55,508 bases of DNA from assembly GCA_016868015.1 (NCBI GenBank), contig VGIF01000003.1, forward strand, positions 1-55,508. Reading direction: 5' to 3'. Shown here piece by piece: positions 28,231-37,715 of this stretch. Under the pieces are notes generated by a model. The model had not been told where the DNA came from. It searched no databases and saw only the letters and a program-made list of their open reading frames with translations. Position numbers and translations under genes: made by a program. The DNA comes from Betaproteobacteria bacterium. GTDB lineage: Bacteria; Pseudomonadota; Gammaproteobacteria; Burkholderiales; SG8-41. Numbering within the stretch: position 1 is the first letter of the stretch; the number at the start of each line of letters is the position of its first letter.

Positions 28231-29775
28231 ATGTTAGGACGATTTTTCGCCGCGGCGCTTGCGATTGCCTGTACGCTGACCCACGCCGCCGACCTGCGCA
28301 TCGGGCTTTCCGCCGACGTCACCACGGTTGATCCGCACCATTTGCCCTCGCAGCCGAATCTCACCATCGCTTACCATGTGTTCGATGCGTTGACGCATGT
28401 CGATGAGAGGGCGCGCATCATTCCGGGGCTGGCGGTGTCGTGGCGCACGCTCGATCCGACCACTTGGGAGTTCAAGCTGCGCCCGGGCGTGAAGTTTCAC
28501 GACGGCTCTGAACTCACCGCCGAAGACGTGGTGTTTTCCCTGGACCGTCCGCCCACGGTCAAGGGCGGCGGCTTTGGCTCGTACGTGGCAATGATTCAAT
28601 CCAAGGAGATCGTCGACAAGCTGACGATCCGCATCCGCACGCGCGCGCCCTACGGTGCGCTGCCGCAAGAGATCAACTCGGTCGCCATCGTCTCAAAAAA
28701 ACACGCCGCCAATGCCGCCGGCGAGGACTTCGATTCGGGCAAGGCCACCATCGGCACCGGGCCCTATAAGTTCGTGCGCTTTGCGCGCGGCGACCGCGTC
28801 GAGTATGTGCGCAACGACGATTATTGGGGCGGGCGCCCGGCATGGGAGCGGGTGACGTTACGCATCATGCCCAACGATCCGGTGCGCACGGCCGCTCTGC
28901 TCGCCGGCGAGCTCGACGTCATCGAGCATGTGCCGCCGGCGGATCGGCCGCGGCTTGCGAAGCATCCGAAGCTGCGCATCGACCAAGCCACCTCCTGGCG
29001 CACGCTGTTCTTGCACCTTGACCAGTTTCGCACCACCCCGCTTTATGTGACCGACAACGCCGGCAAGCCGTTGGCCAAAAATCCCTTCATGGATATTCGC
29101 GTGCGCCGCGCGATGTCGATGGCGATCAACCGGCAAGCCATCACCGAGCGTGTGATGGAACAACTCGCGGTGCCGGCGGCCAATGTCGTCTCGCCCGGCG
29201 TGTTCGGCCACAATCCGCAGCTCAAACCCGAGCCCTACAATCCCGACGGCGCGAAAAAATTACTCGCCGAGGCCGGCTACCCCGATGGCTTCGGCATCAC
29301 GCTGTCGGGCACCAACAACCGTTACATTAACGACCAGCAAATTCTGCAGGCCGTGGCACAGATGTTCACGCGCGTGGGCATCCAGACCAAAGTGGAAGCG
29401 CTGCCGCTGGCAGTCTATTTCCCCAAGGCGCGCAAGGACGATACCAGCGTCGCGTTGCTCGGCTGGGGTTCGTTTTCGGGCGACCTTGCGCTGCGTTCGC
29501 TGCTCGCCACACCCGATGCCACGCGCGGCTGGGGCTCGTGGAACTGGGGCAAATCCTCCAACGCCAAGCTCGATCAATTGCTGACCCAGGCGTTTGCCAC
29601 CACCGAGGTAAAGGCGCGCGAAGCGCTGGTGCGCGAAGCGATGGCCGCCGCCATGGCCGAAGTGCCGGTGATACCGCTGCACCATCAAATCGTCACCTGG
29701 GCGATGCGTAGCGACATCACCTACACGCCGCGCACGGACGAATTTACCTTCGCGCATTTGTTCAGGCCGCGCTGA
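28231..29775 (+). CDS. ABC substrate-binding protein, family 5 (tandem paralogue)
   Basis: Same motifs as the upstream gene; shared 'DxAGKPLxKNP..D.RVRRA' segment. Confidence 0.92.
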   Translation: MLGRFFAAALAIACTLTHAADLRIGLSADVTTVDPHHLPSQPNLTIAYHVFDALTHVDERARIIPGLAVSWRTLDPTTWEFKLRPGVKFHDGSELTAEDVVFSLDRPPTVKGGGFGSYVAMIQSKEIVDKLTIRIRTRAPYGALPQEINSVAIVSKKHAANAAGEDFDSGKATIGTGPYKFVRFARGDRVEYVRNDDYWGGRPAWERVTLRIMPNDPVRTAALLAGELDVIEHVPPADRPRLAKHPKLRIDQATSWRTLFLHLDQFRTTPLYVTDNAGKPLAKNPFMDIRVRRAMSMAINRQAITERVMEQLAVPAANVVSPGVFGHNPQLKPEPYNPDGAKKLLAEAGYPDGFGITLSGTNNRYINDQQILQAVAQMFTRVGIQTKVEALPLAVYFPKARKDDTSVALLGWGSFSGDLALRSLLATPDATRGWGSWNWGKSSNAKLDQLLTQAFATTEVKAREALVREAMAAAMAEVPVIPLHHQIVTWAMRSDITYTPRTDEFTFAHLFRPR

Positions 29776-29796
29776 CAATCGCGCGGCACCACTGCG

Positions 29797-29819
29797 GCGT
29801 TCCCGCGCGGGAGCGACAG
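29797..29819. repeat. Collapsed remnant of the GTCGTTCCCGC REP family
   Basis: GCGTTCCCGCGCGGGAGCGACAG joins the left start and right end of the doublet. Confidence 0.45.
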
Positions 29820-29881
29820 GGAAAGTCTGTCGGGTTATACCAGGGCTCAGTAGGTGACACTCGGTCCCCAAAATAATCGAT

Positions 29882-30823
29882 ATGAAACCTGAAATCGTTT
29901 TCCTGCGCGCCTTCTACGAGCCCGCCATGGCCGCGCTCGAAGGCGAGTTCACCGTGCATAATGCGTATGCGGCTGCCAACCCGCTCGCTTACATTCAACA
30001 GCACTGCGCCAACGCGCGCGCGGTCATTTCAACCACCACCACCGAAGTCACCCGCGCGCATTTCGAAGCCTTGCCCAAGCTGGAACTTCTCGCGTGTTAC
30101 GGCCCGTACGTTACCCTGATCGATTTCAAAGCAGCCAAAGACCACAACGTCACAGTGACCCACACCCCCGACGCCACCGCCGAGCCGGTGGCCGATCTCA
30201 CCTTAGGCCTGATCGTCGCGGTGATGCGGCGCATTTGCGAAGCGGACCGTTTTGTGCGCGCGGGGCTGTGGCCGAAACAAGTGTTCCCCGCCGGCGTGCA
30301 AATGCGCGATAAAACTTGCGGCATCGTCGGCATGGGCCGCATCGGGCGCGAGATCGCGCTGCGCGCGGCGGGCTTTGGCATGCACATCGCTTATTGCGGG
30401 CCCCGGCGTAAAGATGATTTGCCGTATCGCTATTTCGATAACCTCGAACAACTGGCGCGTGAAAGCGCTTGTCTGGTCGTCACCTGCGCGCTCACGCCGG
30501 AAACCTGCAATCTCATCAACGCACGCGTGATCACGGCGCTCGGCAGCGACGGCTATTTGATCAACGTCGCGCGCGGCGCGATAGTGGATGAGCCCGCTTT
30601 GATCGACGCACTCGTTAATAAAAAAATCGCCGGCGCCGCGCTCGATGTGTTCGCCAATGAACCGCACGTGCCGCAAGCGCTGCTCACCCTGGACAACGTG
30701 GTGCTCGCGCCGCACATGGGCACCTCCACGCGCGAGGTTCGCGATGGCCGCATGGAGAAATTACTGCACGATGTGCGAGCGCATTTTGCCGGCGAACCGC
30801 TGCGTTATGCGATTTCAGCGTGA
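29882..30823 (+). CDS. D-2-hydroxyacid dehydrogenase family
   Basis: 'GIVGMGRIG', 'INVARGAIVDE', 'LDVF.NEP', 'LAPHMGT'. Confidence 0.92.
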   Translation: MKPEIVFLRAFYEPAMAALEGEFTVHNAYAAANPLAYIQQHCANARAVISTTTTEVTRAHFEALPKLELLACYGPYVTLIDFKAAKDHNVTVTHTPDATAEPVADLTLGLIVAVMRRICEADRFVRAGLWPKQVFPAGVQMRDKTCGIVGMGRIGREIALRAAGFGMHIAYCGPRRKDDLPYRYFDNLEQLARESACLVVTCALTPETCNLINARVITALGSDGYLINVARGAIVDEPALIDALVNKKIAGAALDVFANEPHVPQALLTLDNVVLAPHMGTSTREVRDGRMEKLLHDVRAHFAGEPLRYAISA

Positions 30824-30828
30824 TATCG

Positions 30829-30855
30829 TAAATATCTGATTTTATTTAATATTTT
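30829..30855 (-). repeat. 27-bp motif copy 9
   Basis: AAAATATTAAATAAAATCAGATATTTA, 5 bp after a stop codon and about 30 bp before a REP. Confidence 0.85.
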
Positions 30856-30884
30856 AAAAACTTGCGGCCACTGAAAGCTATCAC

Positions 30885-30965
30885 TGTCGTTCCCGCGCAG
30901 GCGCGAACCCATGACACAGGCGCCACCGGCAACGCCCTATCGATTCCCGCCTGCGCGGGAGTGGC
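30885..30965. repeat. GTCGTTCCCGC-family REP doublet (degenerate)
   Basis: TGTCGTTCCCGCGCAGGCGCGAACCCAT ... ATCGATTCCCGCCTGCGCGGGAGTGGC. Confidence 0.8.
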
Positions 30966-30994
30966 CCGTGAACATTGACGACACGAGGAAACAC

Positions 30995-31975
30995 ATGGCT
31001 CAAGACAACATGAAGCGCACCGGCTCCATCGACGCCCACGCCCACTGGTCGCCCATGCCCTACATTGAGTACGCGACGCAACAAGGCGGCAAGATCACCA
31101 GCGGCGCGCCGCACCCGCTAAGCTACGATCTCGCCGCGCGCGTGGAATGGATGGACTCGCGCAACGTGAAGACGCACGTGCTGTCACTCTCCGGCGGCAT
31201 GCCCTGGCAATGGGCCTCGCCCGACGCCGCCGACAAACTCGCGCGCCTGGTCAACGATGCCGCGGTGCAGGCGCATCAAGCCTACCCTGATCGTTTTGTC
31301 GCCGCGGTGGCGATCCCCATGCGCGACCCCAAAGCGGCGCTGCGCGAAATGGATCGCATGGCCGGCAAACCCGGCATCCGCGCCATGCACTTGCCCAACT
31401 CGGTCGAAGGCATCGACTACTTGTTCACGCCGCAATACGAGCCCCTGGTCGCGCGCTGCGAGGAACTCGGCTACCCGCTGCTGTTTCACCCGCTCGACGG
31501 CGAGCCCAATCACTATGGCGGCCCGGAGCGGCTCGGCGGCCACAACTTCATATACAACACGCTGGGTTTCCCGTTCGAAACCGCCACCACCGCGGTGAAA
31601 TTCATCTACAGCGGGTATCTGGACAAATACCCCAAGCTCGACATCGTGCTGCCGCACGCCGGCGGCTGCTTTCCGTACATCGCCGGGCGCGTGGAACACA
31701 GCATCAAAAAAGGCGCGGTTGAAGTCGCCTCAAAGTTGAAAGGCTCGATCCGCGATTACATCCGTCGCTTCCACTACGACTCGCTTGCTTACTACCCAGA
31801 GACGCTGCGCTTTATGATCGACTTGATCGGCGCCGACCGCATCGTCATCGGCACCGACAACTACGCGCGGATGGATGTGGAACATCCAAACGCGCTGGTG
31901 GAGTCGCTTAATTTGCCGGCTGCGGATTTGCAGAAGATATTGTTTGGGAATGCGGCGCGGTTGATGAAGTTGTAA
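30995..31975 (+). CDS. Amidohydrolase_2 family (ACMSD/LigW-like decarboxylase/hydrolase)
   Basis: 'IDAHAH', 'LFHP', 'PHAGG.FPY..GR', 'IGTD', 'I..GNAARL'; GAGGA SD. Confidence 0.88.
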   Translation: MAQDNMKRTGSIDAHAHWSPMPYIEYATQQGGKITSGAPHPLSYDLAARVEWMDSRNVKTHVLSLSGGMPWQWASPDAADKLARLVNDAAVQAHQAYPDRFVAAVAIPMRDPKAALREMDRMAGKPGIRAMHLPNSVEGIDYLFTPQYEPLVARCEELGYPLLFHPLDGEPNHYGGPERLGGHNFIYNTLGFPFETATTAVKFIYSGYLDKYPKLDIVLPHAGGCFPYIAGRVEHSIKKGAVEVASKLKGSIRDYIRRFHYDSLAYYPETLRFMIDLIGADRIVIGTDNYARMDVEHPNALVESLNLPAADLQKILFGNAARLMKL

Positions 31976-31993
31976 GGCGCGCGACGCTTAAAA

Positions 31994-32016
31994 TGTACTC
32001 ACAATTGGCGTACAAT
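31994..32016 (+). promoter_or_regulatory. Putative RHH operator and -10 box of the DUF1778/GNAT operon
   Basis: TGTAC-N11-GTACA inverted repeat overlapping TACAAT. Confidence 0.6.
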
Positions 32017-32041
32017 GCCGCCTGTAATGAATAACCCGCCC

Positions 32042-32323
32042 ATGGACACGACTGCCACCAAGGAAAGCCGGCTCAACATTCGCTGCAACAGCCGCGCGCG
32101 AAAATTACTCGATAAGGCAGCGACCTATTCGCAGGTGAGCGTGTCGGAGTTTGTACTCACGCACGCGCTAGCCTCCGCCGAAAAAGTCGTGCAAGAAAAC
32201 GAAAATATCACCCTGAAGCCGGACGACTTTCGCGCGTTTCTCGCGGCACTCGACAAACCCGTGAAGCCCAACGCCGCGCTAAAAAAAGCCTTTAAACGCC
32301 ACGCGGCGCAGGTTGCGCGCTGA
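32042..32323 (+). CDS. DUF1778 (TacA-type RHH) antitoxin
   Basis: 'KESRLNIR......LLDKAA...VSVSEFVL..A...AE.V......L...DF.AF..ALD.P..PN.AL'; alternative starts at 32015 or 32027. Confidence 0.9.
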   Translation: MDTTATKESRLNIRCNSRARKLLDKAATYSQVSVSEFVLTHALASAEKVVQENENITLKPDDFRAFLAALDKPVKPNAALKKAFKRHAAQVAR

Positions 32324-32820
32324 ACCTGTTCAGAATACGCGCCCTCGATCGCGAGGCCGATACGGCGGTTTTTCGCTGCGGGCAAGCGCCGCTCGACGAC
32401 TATATTCGCCGCTATGCATCACAAGACATTCGTCGCAACGTCGCGCGCGTGTTTATCGCCACGCCGACAGACGCCCCACGCCGCCTCGCGGGATTTTTCA
32501 CACTGAGTGCGGGCAGCGTCAGTTGCACCGCCCCGCCGGAAGCCCTGACGAAAAAGTTGCCGCGTTACCCCATCCCCGTGGCGCTCATCGGACGCCTCGC
32601 GGTCGAAACGGACTTTAAAGGTAAGGGCTTGGGCTCCATACGCCTCGCAGACGCTTGCCAGAAAGTGGCCCTGGCGGGCGCCGTGCTGGCGGTAGCAGGC
32701 ATAATTGTCGATGCGAAGGACGACGCCGCAATTGCGTTCTATCGGCACTTTGGATTTCTGGATTTGCCTGGCGGGACAAATCGATTGCTGTTGCCGGCGG
32801 CGGCGTTTCCTTCACGGTGA
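32320..32820 (+). CDS. GNAT acetyltransferase toxin (TacT/AtaT-type) with CTG at the start position; possibly attenuated or a pseudogene
   Basis: Frame reads (L)NLFRIRALDREADTAVFRCGQAPLDDYIRRYASQD...LPRYPIPVALIGRLAV...GKGLGS...VDAKDDAAIAFYRHFGF; C-TGA overlap with the antitoxin stop. Confidence 0.8.
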   Translation: MNLFRIRALDREADTAVFRCGQAPLDDYIRRYASQDIRRNVARVFIATPTDAPRRLAGFFTLSAGSVSCTAPPEALTKKLPRYPIPVALIGRLAVETDFKGKGLGSIRLADACQKVALAGAVLAVAGIIVDAKDDAAIAFYRHFGFLDLPGGTNRLLLPAAAFPSR

Positions 32821-32844
32821 ATATCAACGCCCGCCAGGAAGGAA

Positions 32845-32900
32845 CGTAGCGGATCCGGGGCAATGAACCCCGGGTTACACTTCGTTTTACCCGGGCTACG
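32845..32900. repeat. Degenerate GTAG-type REP between convergent toxin genes
   Basis: CGTAGC...CCCGGGTTACACTTCGTTTTACCCGGGCTACG. Confidence 0.6.
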
Positions 32901-32940
32901 CTCGCTGCCGTCCCTCGCGGTTCTCGCGAAACCGCGCAAG

Positions 32941-33375
32941 TTACTTGGCCGCCAACGGATTCTCCCACCGCAACCCGGAAAACCGCGCAAAATCCCCATC
33001 AGCCGAACACAGTATCAACCCGTGCTCAATGGCAATCGCCGCAAGATGCGCATCGGGTACCAAATTTGCATGCACACCCGGCGCCTCCAGTAACGCACCC
33101 AAAATTTCGCGATGCCGTTCTTCCGGCTGCGGTGTCCACACCGGCTCACAGTCGAGCCACGCCTGAACCTGCGCCCAAGCATCGGCCATGGTGACGGGCC
33201 TATCGAACACGCGCGGGTTGGTGATGATGCGCAAAAACGACAATAGGCTCGCCCAAGGCAGCCCCACCGGCGCCGCACCGTTTAACTTGTCATCGAGCCA
33301 GGCGCGTGCGCGTGCGTGTTGGGGTAAAACGTCGACGCTAGCGTAAATGAGGAGGTTCGCGTCGATCAATATCAC
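32941..33375 (-). CDS. vapC: VapC PIN-domain toxin
   Basis: 'MILIDANLLIYA', 'FLRI.TNPRVF..P', 'LVPDAHLAA.AIEHG..L.S.D.DFARF.GL.W.NPL'. Confidence 0.92.
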   Translation of the reverse strand: MILIDANLLIYASVDVLPQHARARAWLDDKLNGAAPVGLPWASLLSFLRIITNPRVFDRPVTMADAWAQVQAWLDCEPVWTPQPEERHREILGALLEAPGVHANLVPDAHLAAIAIEHGLILCSADGDFARFSGLRWENPLAAK

Positions 33376-33623
33376 TTGAAGCGCTCGCCTTCCGCGACGG
33401 CAAGCACTTCTGCAACGTTGTCGAGGTTACCGAGTAGCGAGCGCCCCACGGGCAGCACGCGGGTTTGGAAACGCTCGCGCGGCACGGGGCGGCGATCGGC
33501 CATGCGCGTGAGGCCCTGCCGCAGCGCTTCATTGACGACGGATTTCATGCTCGCCTTGCGCGTGCGGCATACTTTCTCCAACGCAGCGGCTACATCTTTA
33601 TCGAGGCTCAAGGTTGTTCTCAT
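33372..33623 (-). CDS. vapB: VapB antitoxin (CopG/RHH-like)
   Basis: 'MRTTLSLDKDVAAAL......K.VVNEALRQGL'; 4-nt overlap with vapC. Confidence 0.88.
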   Translation of the reverse strand: MRTTLSLDKDVAAALEKVCRTRKASMKSVVNEALRQGLTRMADRRPVPRERFQTRVLPVGRSLLGNLDNVAEVLAVAEGERFK

Positions 33624-33660
33624 GCATCAAAGCATATATGATTTGATGTCTTGATGTCAA
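33624..33660 (-). promoter_or_regulatory. sigma70 promoter and operator of vapBC, probably leaderless
   Basis: TTGACA-18 nt-TATGCT-7 nt-ATG; CATCAAA-N10-TTTGATG inverted repeat; TTGATGTC direct repeat x2. Confidence 0.7.
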
Positions 33661-33697
33661 AATAATTAGCAACAAGCTCAAAGCAACTTTCTGAATT

Positions 33698-33724
33698 AAA
33701 ATATTCAATTAAATCAAATATTTA
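33698..33724 (+). repeat. 27-bp motif copy 10
   Basis: AAAATATTCAATTAAATCAAATATTTA. Confidence 0.9.
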
Positions 33725-33748
33725 TACAAATTCCATGAAAGGTATTCC

Positions 33749-34834
33749 ATGCACGCCGACGTTTCGCTCCCTACCCAGCAAACCCGCGACTGGGTGCAAA
33801 ACCTCTTCCGCACCGCCGGCAGCAGCGATGAAGAAGCGCAACTCACCGCCGACCACTTAATCGGCGCCAATCTCGCCGGCCACGATTCGCACGGCGTGGG
33901 CATGGTGTTGCCGTACACGCGCTCGCTGCACGCGAACGAGCTGCAGTTGAATCAAAAAATTTCCATCGTCACCGACAGCGACACGCTGCTGGTCGTCGAC
34001 GGCAATCGCGGCATCGGCCAGTCGATGATGTATCAAACGATGAATCTCGCCATTGAGCGCGCGCGCAAGAACGGCGTGGTGATCGTGGGTCTTAAGAACA
34101 CACATCACATCGGTCGCGTGGGCCATTGGGCGGAGATGGCGATTGCCGCGAACTTGGCCTCGATTCATTTCACCAACGTGGTGAGCCGCGCGATTGTCGC
34201 GCCGCACGGCGGGCGGCAAAGCCGCTTCGGCACCAACCCGTTGACGGTGGGGCTGCCGCGCAAGAGTGGCCCGCCGATCCTGCTCGATTTCGCCACCAGC
34301 GCGGTGGCGGTGGGCAAAATCCGCGTGGCGTATAACCGCAAGGGGCCGGCGCCCGCGGGCACGCTGATCGACCACGAGGGTATCGCCACCAACAATCCGG
34401 CAGTGATGTACGAACCGCCGCTGGGCGCGCTACTCACCGCCGCGGGCCACAAGGGTTACGCGCTGGCGATGGTGTGCGATTTGCTCGGCAGCGCGCTGTT
34501 TGGCGGCGCAACGCCGATGCCGCACCGGCTGCGAGTGCCCGGCGCATACAACAACACGCTGGCCATTGTGTTCGACCCCGCCCGCTTTGGCGCGGGCGAA
34601 CATTTCGAGCACGAAGCACAAGGGTTTATCGAGTATGTGCAGTCGGCGACACGCACCGATCCGAACACGCCGATTGAAATCCCCGGTGACGCCGAACGGC
34701 GTTATCGGCGTGAGCGCGCACAAGCGATTCCGGTCGATACCGGCACGCTGCAAACCATGGATGAGGCGGCGCAGATCATCAACGCGATACGGGGGGCTAC
34801 CCTGCCGCCGGCATCCGCGCTGGTTAAGGGATGA
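33749..34834 (+). CDS. Ldh_2 family malate/lactate/ureidoglycolate dehydrogenase (YbiC/HcxB-like)
   Basis: 'ANLAGHDSHG', 'HHIGRVGHWAE', 'FGTNP', 'LDFATS', 'GHKGYALA'. Confidence 0.92.
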   Translation: MHADVSLPTQQTRDWVQNLFRTAGSSDEEAQLTADHLIGANLAGHDSHGVGMVLPYTRSLHANELQLNQKISIVTDSDTLLVVDGNRGIGQSMMYQTMNLAIERARKNGVVIVGLKNTHHIGRVGHWAEMAIAANLASIHFTNVVSRAIVAPHGGRQSRFGTNPLTVGLPRKSGPPILLDFATSAVAVGKIRVAYNRKGPAPAGTLIDHEGIATNNPAVMYEPPLGALLTAAGHKGYALAMVCDLLGSALFGGATPMPHRLRVPGAYNNTLAIVFDPARFGAGEHFEHEAQGFIEYVQSATRTDPNTPIEIPGDAERRYRRERAQAIPVDTGTLQTMDEAAQIINAIRGATLPPASALVKG

Positions 34835-34860
34835 CGGTTGCCAACCTTAAGCGGGGCCGC

Positions 34861-34906
34861 CCCTTCGAGATGCTCATGCCAGACGTAGCCCGGCGCGGTG
34901 CGAGCG
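34861..34906. repeat. Degenerate REP remnants (CCCTTCGA-type and CGTAGCCCG-type)
   Basis: CCCTTCGAGATGCTCA followed by CGTAGCCCGG, between convergent genes. Confidence 0.4.
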
Positions 34907-34923
34907 GTTGTACCTTGAAACGA

Positions 34924-35886
34924 TCAATCGAGTTTCACCCCTGCCGCCTTCACCACCGCGCCCCACTTGGCGTGATCCGCCTTTAATTGCGCCGCAATTT
35001 GCTCGGGCGTGCCCGGCGTGGGGTCGGCGCCACGCGCGCTAAGACGCTCGCGCAGCTCCTTGTCGGCAAGCGCTTTGTGGATGCCGGTGTTCAGTTTGTC
35101 GATGATGTCGCGCGCTGTTTTGCCGGGCAGGAAAAGGCCGTACCAGTTCATCGCTTCGACCTTGGGCATGCCCGCTTCGGGCGCCGAGGGCACATCGGGC
35201 AGCAGCGGCGAGCGCTGCGCAACGGTGGTCGCCAGGGCGCGCAGCTTGCCGCTTTGCACATGCGGCAGCAGCACCGGCAAATCGGCGATCAGCATTTGCG
35301 CGTGGCCGCCCAGGGTGCTGGTCACCGCAGGGGCGGCGCCGCCGTAGGGCACGTGCACGATATGGGTGGCGGTTTCCGATTTAAACAGCTCGATCACCAG
35401 GTGCGGCAAACCGCCGTTGCCGGTGGAGGCTGCGTTGAGTTGCCCCGGCCGCGCCTTGGCGAGCGCGATCAACGCCTTCACGCTTTTCACCGGCAGCGAG
35501 GGGTGCACCGTCAATAATTCCGGCGTGGTGGTGAGGATCGAAACTGGCGCCAGATCGCGAAACGCATCAAACGGCAACTTCAGATACACATGCGGATAAA
35601 TTGCAAGCGACGTGCTGGAGAGCACCATGGTATAGCCGTCGGGCGCGGCTTTGGCCACATGATCGACACCGATGGTGCCGCCCGCGCCGCCACGGTTTTC
35701 GATGATCACCGATTGGCCCATCGCCTCGGCGAGCTTCGGCGACACCATGCGCGCCACGATGTCGATCGGCCCGGCAGGCGGGAAACCGATAACGATGCGC
35801 AAGGGTTTGCTGGGGTAGGTTTGGGCGGCGGCGGTTAGCGGCAAAACGCCAAGCACCGCGGCAATACAACGCACGCTCGGATGCAT
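34924..35886 (-). CDS. Bug/TctC receptor
   Basis: 'YPSKPLRIV..FP', 'ENRGGAGG', 'PDGYT', 'HVPY.G'; GGGAG SD. Confidence 0.92.
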   Translation of the reverse strand: MHPSVRCIAAVLGVLPLTAAAQTYPSKPLRIVIGFPPAGPIDIVARMVSPKLAEAMGQSVIIENRGGAGGTIGVDHVAKAAPDGYTMVLSSTSLAIYPHVYLKLPFDAFRDLAPVSILTTTPELLTVHPSLPVKSVKALIALAKARPGQLNAASTGNGGLPHLVIELFKSETATHIVHVPYGGAAPAVTSTLGGHAQMLIADLPVLLPHVQSGKLRALATTVAQRSPLLPDVPSAPEAGMPKVEAMNWYGLFLPGKTARDIIDKLNTGIHKALADKELRERLSARGADPTPGTPEQIAAQLKADHAKWGAVVKAAGVKLD

Positions 35887-36231
35887 GTGAATCTCCCACG
35901 CGTTGGTGATGCTCCGATTGTGGAACAAGCGTGCGCGAAAAACAAACCGCGGTTGAGGGTGTATGCCTCGGCTGATAACATGCGGCTACTCGCCGCTTGC
36001 GCAACCACCGTTCTTCATTTCCGCCATGTACGTAGATGTTGCGATTATGCTGTTCCCGCCATCGGCAAAGGTAACGCCGCGTTGTGTGCCGTCCTCGCGG
36101 TGCACGGGCACGGCGTGAAAAACGGCCCGCTACCAGACACCGCAAAGGCCAGCACCGGCACTCGCCACAAGCGGTGCGCCACCTGCCGCTTGCGCCTTGC
36201 TGCGCTCGGGGCCGATTTCAGGAATGTAACG

Positions 36232-36258
36232 TATGTATTTGTTTTAATTGATATTTTT
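36232..36258 (-). repeat. 27-bp motif copy 11
   Basis: AAAAATATCAATTAAAACAAATACATA. Confidence 0.8.
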
Positions 36259-36269
36259 TGGAGCCTCTA

Positions 36270-37670
36270 TTGAGCCACGAAGCCTCCCAGGACAACCCCT
36301 ACACGCGCGGCATTGCGCAATTTGTAGCGGGCCTCACGTACGACGCGATTCCCAACGAAGTCAAGACGCGCATCAAATTGCTGATGCTCGATTCGCTGGG
36401 CTGCGCGCTTTACGGCGCCGATCTCGAATGGAGCAAGATGCTGCAAACCACGTTAACGCGCGTGGATACCTCGCGCGCGTGCAACGTGTGGGGCACGAAT
36501 CTTAAACTCTCGGCGCCGCACGCGGCATTGATCAACGGCACGCAAGTGCAAGGCTTTGAGTTGGACGACGTGCATCGCGCGGGCGTGTTGCACGTGGGCG
36601 CGGTGGTGCTGCCCTCGCTCATTTCGATCACCGAAATGCGGCCGGGCATGAGCGGCAAGGCATTCATCACCGCCGCGGTCGCGGGCTACGAAATCGGCCC
36701 GCGCGTGGGCTTGTGCATGCGGCCCGATCACATCGCGCAGGGCTGGCATTCGGGCGCCACACTCGGCGTGTTCTCCTCGGCGGCGGGCGCCGCGCGCGCG
36801 TTAAACCTCGATGCCGATAAAACCGTGCACGCGCTCGGCATCGCCGGCACGCAATCGGCGGGCTTGATGGCGGCGCAATACGGCGCGATGGTCAAACGCA
36901 TGCACGCCGGCCGCGCCTCGCAGTCCGGGTTGTACGGTGCGCTCATTGCCGAGAGCGGCTTCACCGGCATCGTCAACGTGCTGGAGAGCGAATACGGCGG
37001 TTTTTGCTCCACCTTCTCGCGCTCGCACGACCGTTACGATTTGAAGGAACTCACCGCGGGCCTTGGCAGCGTGTGGCAAACCATGGGGGTAGCGCTGAAA
37101 TTTTATTCGTGCGTGGGCAGCAACCACACCACGCTCGATGCCATCCGCGACATGCAAGCCGAAAAACCCTTCAGCGCGAAAGACGTAAAACGCATCGATG
37201 TCCACGGCTCGCAAGTCACCATGGATCACGTCGGCTGGAAATACCAGCCGCAGGGTCTCGCCTCCGCGCAGATGAACCTGCCGTATTGCATCGCGACCTG
37301 GCTGCTGGATGGCGATTGCTTTGTCGATCAGTTCACCGACGCCATGGTCGCCGATCCCGCGCGCATGAAGCTCTCGGAAATCGTGCACGTGCACCACGAC
37401 GACGCCATCACCCGGTTGGGCGCCAAAATGCGCCACAAGGTGCGCGTGCAAGTGGAATTAAACGACGGCACGCGCATGGAACGCACGGTGGAATCCGCGC
37501 GCGGCAGCGAATACAAATTTGCCAGCGAGTCTGATATTGTCGAGAAGTTTGAAAAGCTTGCAGTGAAGGCGCTGCCCAAGGCACAGGTCGAGCAATTGCG
37601 CGATGCGATGTTGGGGTTGGATAAGGTGGATGATGCGACTAAGGTGGCGCAGTTGTTGGGTAAGCGTTAG
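36270..37670 (+). CDS. MmgE/PrpD family protein
   Basis: GGAG SD then TTG; 'GFELDDVH....H', 'GWHSG', 'KRMHAG', 'KFYSC...NH'. Confidence 0.9.
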   Translation: MSHEASQDNPYTRGIAQFVAGLTYDAIPNEVKTRIKLLMLDSLGCALYGADLEWSKMLQTTLTRVDTSRACNVWGTNLKLSAPHAALINGTQVQGFELDDVHRAGVLHVGAVVLPSLISITEMRPGMSGKAFITAAVAGYEIGPRVGLCMRPDHIAQGWHSGATLGVFSSAAGAARALNLDADKTVHALGIAGTQSAGLMAAQYGAMVKRMHAGRASQSGLYGALIAESGFTGIVNVLESEYGGFCSTFSRSHDRYDLKELTAGLGSVWQTMGVALKFYSCVGSNHTTLDAIRDMQAEKPFSAKDVKRIDVHGSQVTMDHVGWKYQPQGLASAQMNLPYCIATWLLDGDCFVDQFTDAMVADPARMKLSEIVHVHHDDAITRLGAKMRHKVRVQVELNDGTRMERTVESARGSEYKFASESDIVEKFEKLAVKALPKAQVEQLRDAMLGLDKVDDATKVAQLLGKR

Positions 37671-37715
37671 CGCACAAAGCAACCGCGTATAACAATTAAG
37701 CTCGCCAAACCAGCT

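Noticed and set aside
35930-36230. Long intergenic region with ORFs of 50-190 codons
   Set aside because: No recognisable family, start signal or RNA structure; could be a decayed fragment but is unsupported.
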